Assembly: GCA_002345745.1 (NCBI GenBank)
Contig: DDWQ01000019.1
Coordinates: forward strand, 83-64,082
DNA from: Candidatus Moranbacteria bacterium UBA2282
GTDB lineage: Bacteria; Patescibacteriota; Minisyncoccia; Moranbacterales; UBA2206
Direction: 5' to 3'
DNA: 64,000 bases
The first letter of the stretch is position 1. Each line of letters begins with the position of its first letter. The translations under genes were made by a program, and so were the position numbers. Under the pieces are notes generated by a model. That model ran no database searches and was not told the DNA's origin. It worked only from the letters and a program-made list of their open reading frames with translations. This document shows, one piece after another, positions 37,806-47,566 of this stretch.

Positions 37806-38843
37806 TTATGATTTCAAAGCTTCAATCCCGGGCATAGAATTGCCGACCACATAATCTAGCATAGCGCCACCACCAGTTGAAACAAAGGAAATTGCGTCTA
37901 GGGCATTATTTTTTTCCAAAATTTCAATGGTTTCCCCCCCACCCACCAAAACAAAAGCACCACTAGCAATCACAGCCTCCAGAATTTCATTAGAACTTTT
38001 AGCATATTTTTCATCTTCAAATTTTCCTGTTGGTCCATTCCAGGTGATCATTTTGGCGGTGGCAATAATTGTTTTAAATTTTTCTACAGTCTTTGGTCCA
38101 ATATCTAGGTGCTCACCCACGAAATCAATCGGCAAAATAACCTTGTCGGAAAATTCCAAATTTTCATCCAGTGCTTCATTAGCAATTTTTCCACCAACCA
38201 ACACATAGTCATATTTTTCCTCAAAAAATTTAATCACTGGCAATTTAGTTTCAATCTTGGCACCACCAATAATCGCCACCGCTGGATGAACTGGATGATC
38301 TTTGATAATGGTCATTTCATGAATTTCTTCCAAAAGTCGAAAGCCAGCACAGCTAGGCAAAATTTTCGCCACACCTGTCACGGACGCCTGATTTCTGTGA
38401 CTCACACTAAAAGCATCATTCACAAATATATCAAAATTTTCCGCCAAAAGTTTCGCAAATTCTGAATCATTTGACTCATCGCCATCATGAAAACGCACAT
38501 TTTCCAAAAGCAATGCGCCACCTTGCAAATTGTTTATAGCCGTGACAACTTTTTCACCCACACAATCCGAAACAAATTCCAAATTGGTTGCCAGAATTTC
38601 TTTGGCATCAGAAACAATTTGTTGTAATGAAAATTCTGAACTGGCAACGCCATCTGGTCGTCCAAAATGTGAAATCATCGCCACTTGGCAATTCTTATTT
38701 AATAAATAATCCAATGTTTCTTTGGCGGCTGCAATTTTGAAAGACTCTTTGACTTTGCCGTTCTCTACTGCCACATTAAAATCCACTCTCAGCAATACTT
38801 TTTTACCCGCCAACTCCATATCTTGAATTCTTTTGATATCCAT
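37806..38843 (-). CDS. pgk: phosphoglycerate kinase
   Basis: VLLRVDFNV N-terminal motif and hinge/C-domain glycine motifs. 345 aa, which is short for PGK. Confidence 0.8.
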   Translation of the reverse strand: MDIKRIQDMELAGKKVLLRVDFNVAVENGKVKESFKIAAAKETLDYLLNKNCQVAMISHFGRPDGVASSEFSLQQIVSDAKEILATNLEFVSDCVGEKVVTAINNLQGGALLLENVRFHDGDESNDSEFAKLLAENFDIFVNDAFSVSHRNQASVTGVAKILPSCAGFRLLEEIHEMTIIKDHPVHPAVAIIGGAKIETKLPVIKFFEEKYDYVLVGGKIANEALDENLEFSDKVILPIDFVGEHLDIGPKTVEKFKTIIATAKMITWNGPTGKFEDEKYAKSSNEILEAVIASGAFVLVGGGETIEILEKNNALDAISFVSTGGGAMLDYVVGNSMPGIEALKS

Positions 38844-38894
38844 ATTCTTTAAATTATATTAAAACTTACCTTTCCTATTTTATCATATCTCAGC

Positions 38895-38926
38895 AAAAAT
38901 CGGAATATCCTCCGATAATTTTTTTT
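38895..38926. terminator. hairpin ATCGGA-ATATCC-TCCGAT flanked by an A-run and T-run
   Basis: 6-bp stem, followed by AATTTTTTTT on the plus strand and TTTTTGC on the minus strand. It closes the unexplained non-coding region just upstream of pgk. Confidence 0.5.
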
Positions 38927-38929
38927 GCA

Positions 38930-39430
38930 TACACAGTGCTAATTTTTCTTAACAGAAAAATACAGTTTGTCCATTTTCTTTGACAGCAAAGAAAGTGGAC
39001 GAAAAGAAACTGCCGGCGCCGGCTTGTGCTGTCTAAATTTCTAGCTTACTCGCTAAAATTCTTAGGGCGGTCATAACGGGGTAAGAATTTCTTAACGCTC
39101 ATGCGCTGAAATTTAGAAACGCACTATCGCCAAGGCGCGGAATTTTTTTAGCGTTTAAAAACTTATCACGCACTAGCGGAATACCAAGGTACAAATTGAA
39201 ACTTATGAACGTTAAGAAATTTCCTACTAACAATCTTTTTTAGCATTTTCGGGAATTTTAGTGAATAAGTTGTCCGCCTCGGATCGACGAGTGGTTGTCT
39301 CCACGAGTCGAGACGGGAAAATTTGTCTTGGTATGTAGCCGTGCGGCCTTTTTCTTTTTTGCCACTTTTCTTTTGGGAAAAGAAAAATGGCGTAGTGAGT
39401 TTTTTCTGAAAGAAAAAACTAGCACTGTAA
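38930..39430. ncRNA. unassigned structured non-coding region (candidate large ncRNA; identity unknown)
   Basis: About 500 bp with no credible ORF (only a 103-aa + strand ORF with poor composition). GC-rich patches alternate with AT runs and there are many hairpins (14-bp stem 38969-39000, GCCGGCGCCGGC, AACGCT...AGCGTT). A 9-bp long-range complement joins 38933-38941 to 39420-39428. Confidence 0.3.
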
Positions 39431-39462
39431 ATATAAGAAAACTGAAATTCTATTTTGAAAAA

Positions 39463-40572
39463 TTAAAAATTACCCCTGCCCATTCCCAATATTGCGATAA
39501 TCACACCAATCATAGCTGTCACCATCGTAAAAATCCAAGCACGCATCGTAACTTTAGTTTCTGGCCATCCCAACGCCTCAAAATGATGATGAATAGGTGC
39601 CGCTAAAAAAACTTTTCGCTTAAAATATTTTTTTGAAGTCAATTGAATAATAACTGAACCTGATTCTATGATGTAAATAAACACAATAATAAACAAGGCT
39701 AGCACCGAGTTAGTAAGCATCGCCACCACACCTAGCGTTGTTCCAAGTGCGACTGCCCCCGTATCACCCATAATAAATCTGGCTGGATAGATATTAAACC
39801 ATAAAAACGCTAGGAGTGCTCCAGCAATGGCTGCACAAAATGCTGCCAAATCCATTTTATTATGGAAAAAAGATATCAAGGCAAATGAACTGAAAGCAAT
39901 TGAAAGTATCCCGCCATTCAAACCGTCTAGTCCATCAGTTTCATTGGACGAAATGGCTGCAAAAAGAATAACGAAAATAAACAAAGGCATGTACCACCAG
40001 CCAATTTCGAAATTGCCCATAGCGGGAACATGAATAATATTCCAATTCAATTTAAAGTAGAACCACCAAGCACCCAAAATTGCAATCAAAATTAGCCAAC
40101 CAAATCGCATTAAAAAACGCATTCCGCCACCCTTATTCGTTCCGCAGCCCTTAATGCTCATCCAATCATCAAAAAGTCCTAGAATTCCAGCTGTCACTAA
40201 AGTAAATAATGGCAACCAAGTTTGACTTCGGCTTAAAAAATCCAAACGTGCGATAAAGTTTATATTTGTCCAAACAGCTATAACTGGGAAAAGATAATGA
40301 GAAAGGAAAATCATAATCAAAACCACACCCCAGACAAGCATTCCGCCCATTGTTGGCGTTCCACTTTTATGCTTATGCAATTCACTGACAAAAGTAAGTT
40401 TTTCACCATCAACTGAATTTTTCTTAATCTTGATGCCAATTTTATATTTATATAAAAAATGCGTCATTACTGGTGCCAGAAGAAAAGCCACAACAAAAGC
40501 AACAAACCCCGTTATTAAAACTTTCAAGATATCCACCACGATTGGAATTTGTTGTATTTGTGCAAAACCCAT
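39463..40572 (-). CDS. mraY: phospho-N-acetylmuramoyl-pentapeptide transferase
   Basis: 369 aa polytopic membrane protein with conserved MraY/WecA family loops (DD...DG, HHH region). Confidence 0.8.
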   Translation of the reverse strand: MGFAQIQQIPIVVDILKVLITGFVAFVVAFLLAPVMTHFLYKYKIGIKIKKNSVDGEKLTFVSELHKHKSGTPTMGGMLVWGVVLIMIFLSHYLFPVIAVWTNINFIARLDFLSRSQTWLPLFTLVTAGILGLFDDWMSIKGCGTNKGGGMRFLMRFGWLILIAILGAWWFYFKLNWNIIHVPAMGNFEIGWWYMPLFIFVILFAAISSNETDGLDGLNGGILSIAFSSFALISFFHNKMDLAAFCAAIAGALLAFLWFNIYPARFIMGDTGAVALGTTLGVVAMLTNSVLALFIIVFIYIIESGSVIIQLTSKKYFKRKVFLAAPIHHHFEALGWPETKVTMRAWIFTMVTAMIGVIIAILGMGRGNF

Positions 40573-40593
40573 AAAATATATTTTATTGAATTA

Positions 40594-41640
40594 TTATTGC
40601 CATTTATAATTATCAAAAGTCCAACTCACGAGTGCTCGCATATCATCCCAGCGCTGTTCATCATTCAAAATAACTGCAATCACTCTATGTTCACCAGTCG
40701 AATTTTCCGCACCTGTCATTAACGATTTTCCAGCTAATGGTGTGAAACCAGTCTTGCCACCAATACAGTTAGGCAATGTAGTCAACAGCATATCAGTATT
40801 TTTCAATTCATGCATATATTTTCCATCGGTTGAATAAAATTTTCCATCTGGAATTTTCATAATATTCCAAATGGTGTCATATTTCAAAGAATAGGCCGCA
40901 ATTCTTGCGAGATCATAGGCACTTGAGTAGCATTGGTCTTCCTCTCCATCTATTTCTAACCCCGACGGTGTACAAAAATGAGTGTCTTTAAGCCCCATAT
41001 CTTTAGCTTTTTCATTCATCATTTCAACAAATTTTTTCGGATTACCGCCAATATGTGTGGCTAGAGCAGTAGCAGCATCATTAGCGCTATTCATAAGCAT
41101 TGCTTTCATCAAATCAATAGCTCGAACTTTTTCACCAACATACATCCGATTGCCATTACAAAAAACGCTTGTCGGGCAGCCAACAACTGTACCAACTATA
41201 TTCAAATCCTCCGCAGTTAAAACAACATCTTCTTCCAAATTCTTAATATTTTCCATCGCCAAAATAGCTGTCATCATTTTTGTCAGTGATGCAATTTGCG
41301 TTCGTTTGCGACCATCATCATAATGGATTATTGTTCCCGTATCAACATCAATTACTACCGAGGAACTAGCCCAAATTTTAAGATCAGCTACATTTTCCTT
41401 ACGTGTTGGAATCAGACCTGAAGCCATTGCGGAATCAATTGGAAAGATGCTATAGCCACTAATATTTTTTGCCTCAAAAGAATCAGTGCTTTCTGTTTTC
41501 GGGAACCCACAACTATCTGCTCGGCAAGCAGATTCCGTCGCAACTATGTCGTTATTACTGGGAATATTACTAGCAATATTGCCATACAACCAAAACGGCG
41601 CAAAAGGTATTATTAGAAATGTGATGATTAAGTTTAACAT
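40594..41640 (-). CDS. D-alanyl-D-alanine carboxypeptidase (S11 peptidase, PBP5-like)
   Basis: Signal/TM, SxxK motif ASLTKMMT, then SxN and KTG-like motifs. Confidence 0.7.
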   Translation of the reverse strand: MLNLIITFLIIPFAPFWLYGNIASNIPSNNDIVATESACRADSCGFPKTESTDSFEAKNISGYSIFPIDSAMASGLIPTRKENVADLKIWASSSVVIDVDTGTIIHYDDGRKRTQIASLTKMMTAILAMENIKNLEEDVVLTAEDLNIVGTVVGCPTSVFCNGNRMYVGEKVRAIDLMKAMLMNSANDAATALATHIGGNPKKFVEMMNEKAKDMGLKDTHFCTPSGLEIDGEEDQCYSSAYDLARIAAYSLKYDTIWNIMKIPDGKFYSTDGKYMHELKNTDMLLTTLPNCIGGKTGFTPLAGKSLMTGAENSTGEHRVIAVILNDEQRWDDMRALVSWTFDNYKWQ

Positions 41641-41660
41641 AAAAAAATCTTAAAAAAAAT

Positions 41661-42218
41661 TTACATTTGTGGCTGTTCACCTATAATACTATCAATTCTA
41701 GCATCATTAGAAAGTGTTTCATAGTCTGGCAATTTATCAATACTTTCTATCCCTAATTTCTTTAAAAATTCAAATGAAACTCTATACAAATAACCTCGAT
41801 TATCTTTCGGATTGTCAATTCGCTCTAAAAGTCCACGCATTGTCAAAGACCGAACAGTATAGCTACAATTAACTCCACGAATTGCTTCAATTTCAACTCG
41901 AGTGATCGGACCACGATACGCAATAATTGCCAGCACCTCTAAACCAGCCCGACTAAGATTTTCTTGAATTTCACTTTTCACCAGCTTATCGACAATCTGT
42001 GCATTTTCTGGATCAGTCGCCATCTGGACATTTTGTTCTTTTTTCAAAATCACAAGTCCTCGCTTATTTGCAGTATATTCATTTTGCAAAACCATAATCG
42101 CGTTTTCAATTTCTGCGACTGAAACTTCAACCACTTTGGATATTTTTGTCAGACTAATTGGCTCACCACTAACAAATAAGATGCTTTCAATTGCTGATTT
42201 TAATTTTTCTTGATCCAT
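41661..42218 (-). CDS. scpB: segregation and condensation protein B
   Basis: ESILFVSGEPISL winged-helix N-terminus, 185 aa, adjacent to scpA. Confidence 0.8.
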   Translation of the reverse strand: MDQEKLKSAIESILFVSGEPISLTKISKVVEVSVAEIENAIMVLQNEYTANKRGLVILKKEQNVQMATDPENAQIVDKLVKSEIQENLSRAGLEVLAIIAYRGPITRVEIEAIRGVNCSYTVRSLTMRGLLERIDNPKDNRGYLYRVSFEFLKKLGIESIDKLPDYETLSNDARIDSIIGEQPQM

Positions 42219-42259
42219 AATGATTAATTTTTTAATTTTATAATTTTTGTAATTTCTTG

Positions 42260-42973
42260 CTATTCCCTTGATTTTTTAACACTCAATTTTATCTCTTGGA
42301 ATAATTCACCCTGCTCAACATTCACAATTCGTTGCTTGACCATTTCCAGCATTGCCAAGAAAGACAAAATGATATCAATTTTATTTTCAGCGTTTCCCGT
42401 CAGCTCAGTAAATGACATTTCCACTCTTTGACGCAAGGTATTTTGCAAATCATTTATTTTTTCTTCCAGCGTAATAATTTCTTCCACTGTCTCCTCATCC
42501 AATTTTTCAATAACTGGAATATCATCCAATACAAACTGGAAATATTTTTTTAAATCATAGACATTCAAATCTGCTGGAGGATAGAACAATGCTTGCACTC
42601 CGATATAGCCAGCCCTTGAATAACTAATTTTACCAGACTGCGTTATTTGTCCTAAAATAATTGATGCCTCTTTGAATTTTTTATATTCTTCTAATTGCTG
42701 GGCTAAATCCTTAATTTCTTCCTCCTCTTCTTCTGTAAATTGTAAAAGTGGCAAAAGTGCCCGTGATTTAATCAAAATTAACTTAGCGGCCACTGCTAGA
42801 AATTCTGCCAAATTTCCTAACCTGATATTATCATTTCCTTTGATATGCTCCAGATATTGCTCAGCTACATGTGCCAAACTCAATTCTGTAATATTAAGCT
42901 TTTCTTTCTCAATCAATTCAAGCAACAGATCCATCGGACCCTCAAATTTCTCTATTTTTACATTATATGTCAT
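42260..42973 (-). CDS. scpA: segregation and condensation protein A
   Basis: KFEGPMDLLLELIEKEKLNITELSLAHVAEQYLE N-terminal kleisin motif. Confidence 0.8.
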   Translation of the reverse strand: MTYNVKIEKFEGPMDLLLELIEKEKLNITELSLAHVAEQYLEHIKGNDNIRLGNLAEFLAVAAKLILIKSRALLPLLQFTEEEEEEIKDLAQQLEEYKKFKEASIILGQITQSGKISYSRAGYIGVQALFYPPADLNVYDLKKYFQFVLDDIPVIEKLDEETVEEIITLEEKINDLQNTLRQRVEMSFTELTGNAENKIDIILSFLAMLEMVKQRIVNVEQGELFQEIKLSVKKSRE

Positions 42974-43090
42974 AATTCAAATTTTGTTAGACCTCTCTAT
43001 TACTCCTAGTTTATTTTTTTCCACTTTTTATATAATATCATTTATTGTTATTTTTTTCAAATGAAAAAAACGATTCCTATGCTCAGAATC

Positions 43091-44287
43091 TTAGGCACCA
43101 ATTTCTTTTTCACTCTTATTATCCACCAATTTCGAAGCTGGATAGAGAGCCGAAAGAACTATAATCCCTGTTAAAACAAAGGCAAATTTGATAGGTAGAA
43201 AGAAAAGTATAAATGATGAAAAGGTGGTAGCAGCGATGTAAGCCACTGGCAAGGAAGTTCGGAAGAAATTAATGATGTCTACATCAAAAGCATCTACTTT
43301 TTTGAAGAAATAGGAATCTCGCAAAATCTCTATCAAAGCTGCGCCAATTCTAGTAGCAAATAATACAACTGCCCAAATAACAACACTACCAGAACCAATA
43401 AAATAAATTGCAATAGTTGAAATTGCCATAATCAAAATCGCAAAAATTAAAAACTCTTTTTCACCAAATTTTTTATCAGCTAGAATGCCCATAGGATATT
43501 GCAACAAAACAAACGGTGCCAGCATAATAGTGAAAATCAAACCAATACTTTCCCAGGAATATCCCAAGTCACGTAAATAGATTGGAGTGTAGATTGTCAT
43601 TAGCGCATAGAAAAATTCCAACACAAAAGAAACATAATAAATTCGTAGAATATCTTTTTTTGCCAAAACTTTTTTAAATACATCCAAAATTTTTAATTTT
43701 TGTTCAAATTTATGATTGATATTTCTAAAACCAATAATTCCAAAAATAAACACAAAGCAATTAAAAATCAAAGAGAATATAAAAATTCCGTCAAATCCAA
43801 TCTTGTCTAAAATATATGTTGAAGCAAATGGTCCAAACCAAAATCCAGCATTGAGAATCATCAAATGTAATCCACGGATCCGACCGGATTTATTATCCAC
43901 CGAAAAACTCTCCACAATCACGTCCAATGCCACCCATTCAATGTGGCTTATAATGATAAAGAGCATTAAAAGCAAGACACCGGTCATTGATGGATTAGTA
44001 AAGGTCAAAAGCGTTAAAATAATAACATTCGACAATACAGAAAAATAAAATACATTAGCTTTACCAAACAGTCGTACCAACTTATGTAAGTTCAATAAAA
44101 TTACCAAAAAAACCAAATATGAAACACCATAAAAAATTCCGACGCTTTCCGTGCCAGTCGCCAACTTAAAATACGAGGACATTACATAAATTGATACAGC
44201 TTGAGAAAAACCAATCAAAAAAGTCACAAAGCCTGATAGCAACAATCTATTCTCATCTAAATTTTCTTGGTGTTTAGCTATTACCAT
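43091..44287 (-). CDS. MFS transporter
   Basis: 398 aa, 12 predicted TM helices. Confidence 0.6.
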   Translation of the reverse strand: MVIAKHQENLDENRLLLSGFVTFLIGFSQAVSIYVMSSYFKLATGTESVGIFYGVSYLVFLVILLNLHKLVRLFGKANVFYFSVLSNVIILTLLTFTNPSMTGVLLLMLFIIISHIEWVALDVIVESFSVDNKSGRIRGLHLMILNAGFWFGPFASTYILDKIGFDGIFIFSLIFNCFVFIFGIIGFRNINHKFEQKLKILDVFKKVLAKKDILRIYYVSFVLEFFYALMTIYTPIYLRDLGYSWESIGLIFTIMLAPFVLLQYPMGILADKKFGEKEFLIFAILIMAISTIAIYFIGSGSVVIWAVVLFATRIGAALIEILRDSYFFKKVDAFDVDIINFFRTSLPVAYIAATTFSSFILFFLPIKFAFVLTGIIVLSALYPASKLVDNKSEKEIGA

Positions 44288-44428
44288 TGTTTATTTTTAG
44301 GATTTAATTTTCGCTGACTATCCGCTCGACACTCGAACACTTAGTGTCTCGCATTCTTGATTCCTGTTGGACACCTAGTGTTGTCTTACCTAGCTGGTGG
44401 ACTGTTCACAGTAAATACAAGTAAACTA

Positions 44429-45748
44429 CTATGGCGTCAATCGCTTTACATCCCTTGGAAATAAAATTGCTTCTTTAATAGTTCCCAAGCCAAGTATTTT
44501 CTGCACGATTCGCTCAGAACCAAGTCCCCAACCACCATGTGGTGGAATACCGTATTTGAAAATATCCAAATAATGCTTAAAATCGTCAGGATTTAATTTA
44601 TGCTTTTTCATACTAGCAATCAATTGATTGTAATCATTAATTCGCTGACCACCACTGGCGATTTCTACGCCCATAAATAACAAGTCAAAGGTTTCTGTAT
44701 ATTGCGGATCAGCGCTTGGCATAGAATAGAATGGACGAATGCTGGTTGGATAGTGCGTCAAAAATACAAAATCACAATTATTATTTTTCTTAACCCATTC
44801 ACAAATCATTCGCTCCCCTTCGGCATCAATATCCACCGTCTCCATTTTTTTGCCATATTCTTTATCTAAAATTTCCAACGCTTCTGTTAATTTCATTCTA
44901 GGAATTTTTTCTACTGGTAAAATCTGCGCGTTATATTTTTCCAAATCAGATTGACAATTTTCTGCTATTTTTGACATAACAAAAGCCATAGTTTTTTCCA
45001 GTTGATTCATCACATCCTCAAAACTTTCGATAAAAGCCATTTCAGCGTCTAACCCTATATATTCATTGACATGCCGTGTGGTATAGTGAGGTTCAGCTCG
45101 AAAAACAGAACCAACCTCAAACACTCTTTCAAAAACACCTGTCATAGCTTGTTTATAGAACTGTGGGCTTTGTGCTAGATAGGCATCTTGTTCAAAATAT
45201 TTAATTTTGAAAAAATTTGCTCCACCTTCCGTAGCTGCATTTAAAATTTTTGGGGTTTTTATTTCTACAAAACTATCTTTGTTCATAGTTTCAGCGTATG
45301 AGCGCAAAAGCTCCGCATAAATCCTGAAAATTGACTTTATTTTATCATTACGAAGTGCAATAGTTCGATTATCCAAAAGTGTATCTAAATTTAAATTTAG
45401 ATCTTGGGCAGCGATATCAATTGGCAGTTCAGCTTCTGGTTTGGAAATAACTACTAATTTTTCTACCTCAATTTCCACGCCTCCAGTCGCCACACCTTCT
45501 TTAATCGCTCCACCTGGGCGAGCCTTTACTAATCCTTCTATCTCAATCACAAATTCATTGCGAATGTCTTTAGCAATTTTATGAGCTTCTTCTTTGTCAG
45601 GAATAATCACCATTTGGATTATGCCAGATCTGTCACGCAAATCAATAAAAATAAGCTTGCCATGATCACGACGAATATTGACCCATCCTTGCAATTTTAC
45701 AATTTGACCAATTAAACTTGGCACATCACCAATCAATGTCCTTTCCAT
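44429..45748 (-). CDS. aspartate--tRNA ligase (archaeal/type-2-like, possibly non-discriminating) or asparagine--tRNA ligase
   Basis: 439 aa class IIb aaRS with an N-terminal OB fold, FRAEPHYTTRHVNEY motif 2 and GGWGLGSERI motif 3. Confidence 0.75.
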   Translation of the reverse strand: MERTLIGDVPSLIGQIVKLQGWVNIRRDHGKLIFIDLRDRSGIIQMVIIPDKEEAHKIAKDIRNEFVIEIEGLVKARPGGAIKEGVATGGVEIEVEKLVVISKPEAELPIDIAAQDLNLNLDTLLDNRTIALRNDKIKSIFRIYAELLRSYAETMNKDSFVEIKTPKILNAATEGGANFFKIKYFEQDAYLAQSPQFYKQAMTGVFERVFEVGSVFRAEPHYTTRHVNEYIGLDAEMAFIESFEDVMNQLEKTMAFVMSKIAENCQSDLEKYNAQILPVEKIPRMKLTEALEILDKEYGKKMETVDIDAEGERMICEWVKKNNNCDFVFLTHYPTSIRPFYSMPSADPQYTETFDLLFMGVEIASGGQRINDYNQLIASMKKHKLNPDDFKHYLDIFKYGIPPHGGWGLGSERIVQKILGLGTIKEAILFPRDVKRLTP

Positions 45749-45819
45749 ATGTTCAAAATAGACTTCTTGCGTAATAGATTGCGCAAGAGGTCTGTTATAT
45801 TTTTATTTATAAATCCAAA

Positions 45820-46629
45820 CTATTCCCCTAATATTCTTCTAACTTCATCACTCAACTCCCTAGGCGTAATTTTAGTTTTAACGAAAAAGCTTTCTACGCC
45901 CATTTTTTTAACTCTTTTTGCAACATCATTTTCAACTGAAGCTGATAGAACTATGATTGGGACATTTTTAGTCGTCTTTTCTAGTTTAAGTTTTCCAATC
46001 ATCTCTTCCCCCGTCATTGCTGGCATAATCATATCAATAATAAACAAATCGTAACGATTGCGAAGTGCCTCTTTAATTCCCCAAGCCCCATTACCCGCCG
46101 AATCAACAGCATAGCCATCTTGCTTTAATTTTTCACCAAACATTTCAATAAAAATTTCTTCATCTTCAATAATTAAAATCTTTTTTTTATTGGTACTATC
46201 ACCATCAGCACTATCTTTAGTTTGTGAGTTAGCCTTTGCTTCGTTTTTTTGTTGCTCTTGGAATTGACTTGCAAGTCTTTTAACCTCACTAACTAATTCA
46301 CTTGGATTATAATCAGATTTTGCCACAAAACCATTAGCACCTAGATTAATAGCTTTGTCACGATCCTCTTTTTGACTTAAATTGCTTGTCACAATTATTT
46401 TTATTTTAGAATCAAATTCTCCGCTTCGCAATCGTTCGATTAACTGAAATCCATCCATTTTTGGCATAATCAAATCAGTCATAATAATGTCTACTTTTTC
46501 TCTTTTTGCCACTTCCAGAGCTTGATCTCCAGAGGATACTGAATATACCTCAAAATCAGAATCTGAAAACTTTTTATTATAAATATCAGATATCATCTGA
46601 TCATCTTCTACTATAACAATTTTAACCAT
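45820..46629 (-). CDS. tandem receiver-domain response regulator (REC-REC)
   Basis: Two REC domains (IVIVEDDQ...D...MPKMDGF and ILIIEDEE...D...MPAMTGEE) with no output domain. Confidence 0.7.
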   Translation of the reverse strand: MVKIVIVEDDQMISDIYNKKFSDSDFEVYSVSSGDQALEVAKREKVDIIMTDLIMPKMDGFQLIERLRSGEFDSKIKIIVTSNLSQKEDRDKAINLGANGFVAKSDYNPSELVSEVKRLASQFQEQQKNEAKANSQTKDSADGDSTNKKKILIIEDEEIFIEMFGEKLKQDGYAVDSAGNGAWGIKEALRNRYDLFIIDMIMPAMTGEEMIGKLKLEKTTKNVPIIVLSASVENDVAKRVKKMGVESFFVKTKITPRELSDEVRRILGE

Positions 46630-46688
46630 AAAAACTTAGTATAAAAAAATAATTACCTGCTTTAAAGTATACCGTCAATTCAATAATT

Positions 46689-47546
46689 TTACAAATTTTT
46701 AATGCGTGAAATCACGTCCGCGATAATCCAATCTGGAGTTGAAGCTCCAGCAGTCACAGCTACCGTCTCAAGTCCTGAAAACCATGAACTATCCAAATCA
46801 CCTGCTCGCTCAATAAAAATAGTCTTGGGGTTAACATTGCTGGAAATTTCAAACAATCGATTTGAGTTAGCACTGTCTGGCGAACCGATAACAATCACAG
46901 CATTGTTATCACGAGCTATTTTTTTTATTTCATCTTGCCGCTCTTCAGTTGCTAAACAAATTGTATCCAAATTTTCCACGTTTGTATATTTATTTTGCAG
47001 ATATTCTCCCACTTCTTTCACAAAATCTTTACTCTGAGTGGTTTGGGAAAGAATTGCAATTTTTACATCGTCTTTTATATCAAAATTATGCAAATCCACA
47101 TGATTAGAAATAATCGCCGCTTTTCCTCCACCCCACTCAAAAATGCTTTTCACTTCTTTATGATCCTTGTCCCCAATCAACACGATGAAATAACCGCGTT
47201 TAAGATAGACTTGTGCCAACCGTTGCACCTTGATCACGCGCGGACAAGTAGTGTCTATAATATCAATATTTTTTTCTTTAGCAATCGCATAAATTTTTGG
47301 TCCTACGCCATGTGCTGTTATGATTAGCGTGCCTATTTCACCATCTTTTGCGTCCAGAAAAGTTTGCATATCAATCTTACGAATGCCTTTTTCTTCAATT
47401 CTAGCTACCACATCCTGATTATGCACCAAAGAACCCAACACATAAATTGGTTTTTTTATTTTTTCAAACTTAATATCGCTAACCCTCTCAAATGCCCTCC
47501 GCACGCCGTCGCAAAATCCCGCAAATTGACTGAGTGTTATTTTCAT
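46689..47546 (-). CDS. ispH: 4-hydroxy-3-methylbut-2-enyl diphosphate reductase
   Basis: FAGFCDGVRRA N-terminus, conserved Cys, 285 aa. Confidence 0.8.
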   Translation of the reverse strand: MKITLSQFAGFCDGVRRAFERVSDIKFEKIKKPIYVLGSLVHNQDVVARIEEKGIRKIDMQTFLDAKDGEIGTLIITAHGVGPKIYAIAKEKNIDIIDTTCPRVIKVQRLAQVYLKRGYFIVLIGDKDHKEVKSIFEWGGGKAAIISNHVDLHNFDIKDDVKIAILSQTTQSKDFVKEVGEYLQNKYTNVENLDTICLATEERQDEIKKIARDNNAVIVIGSPDSANSNRLFEISSNVNPKTIFIERAGDLDSSWFSGLETVAVTAGASTPDWIIADVISRIKNL

Positions 47547-47566
47547 AAAATTATTTTATTTATTTC

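Noticed and set aside
38930-39430. Calling this region tmRNA (ssrA).
   Set aside because: A patch resembles the tmRNA 5' tRNA-like segment. However, no T-arm (GGUUCGANUCC), no encoded or addable CCA context, and no tag reading frame ending in (A)A-stop could be found on either strand, in standard or permuted order. It is kept only as an unassigned candidate ncRNA.
39295-39606. 103-aa + strand ORF in the pgk-mraY gap.
   Set aside because: It overlaps the structured non-coding region and the 3' end of mraY. Composition is low-complexity (K/F-rich), with no motif and no RBS. It is most likely spurious.
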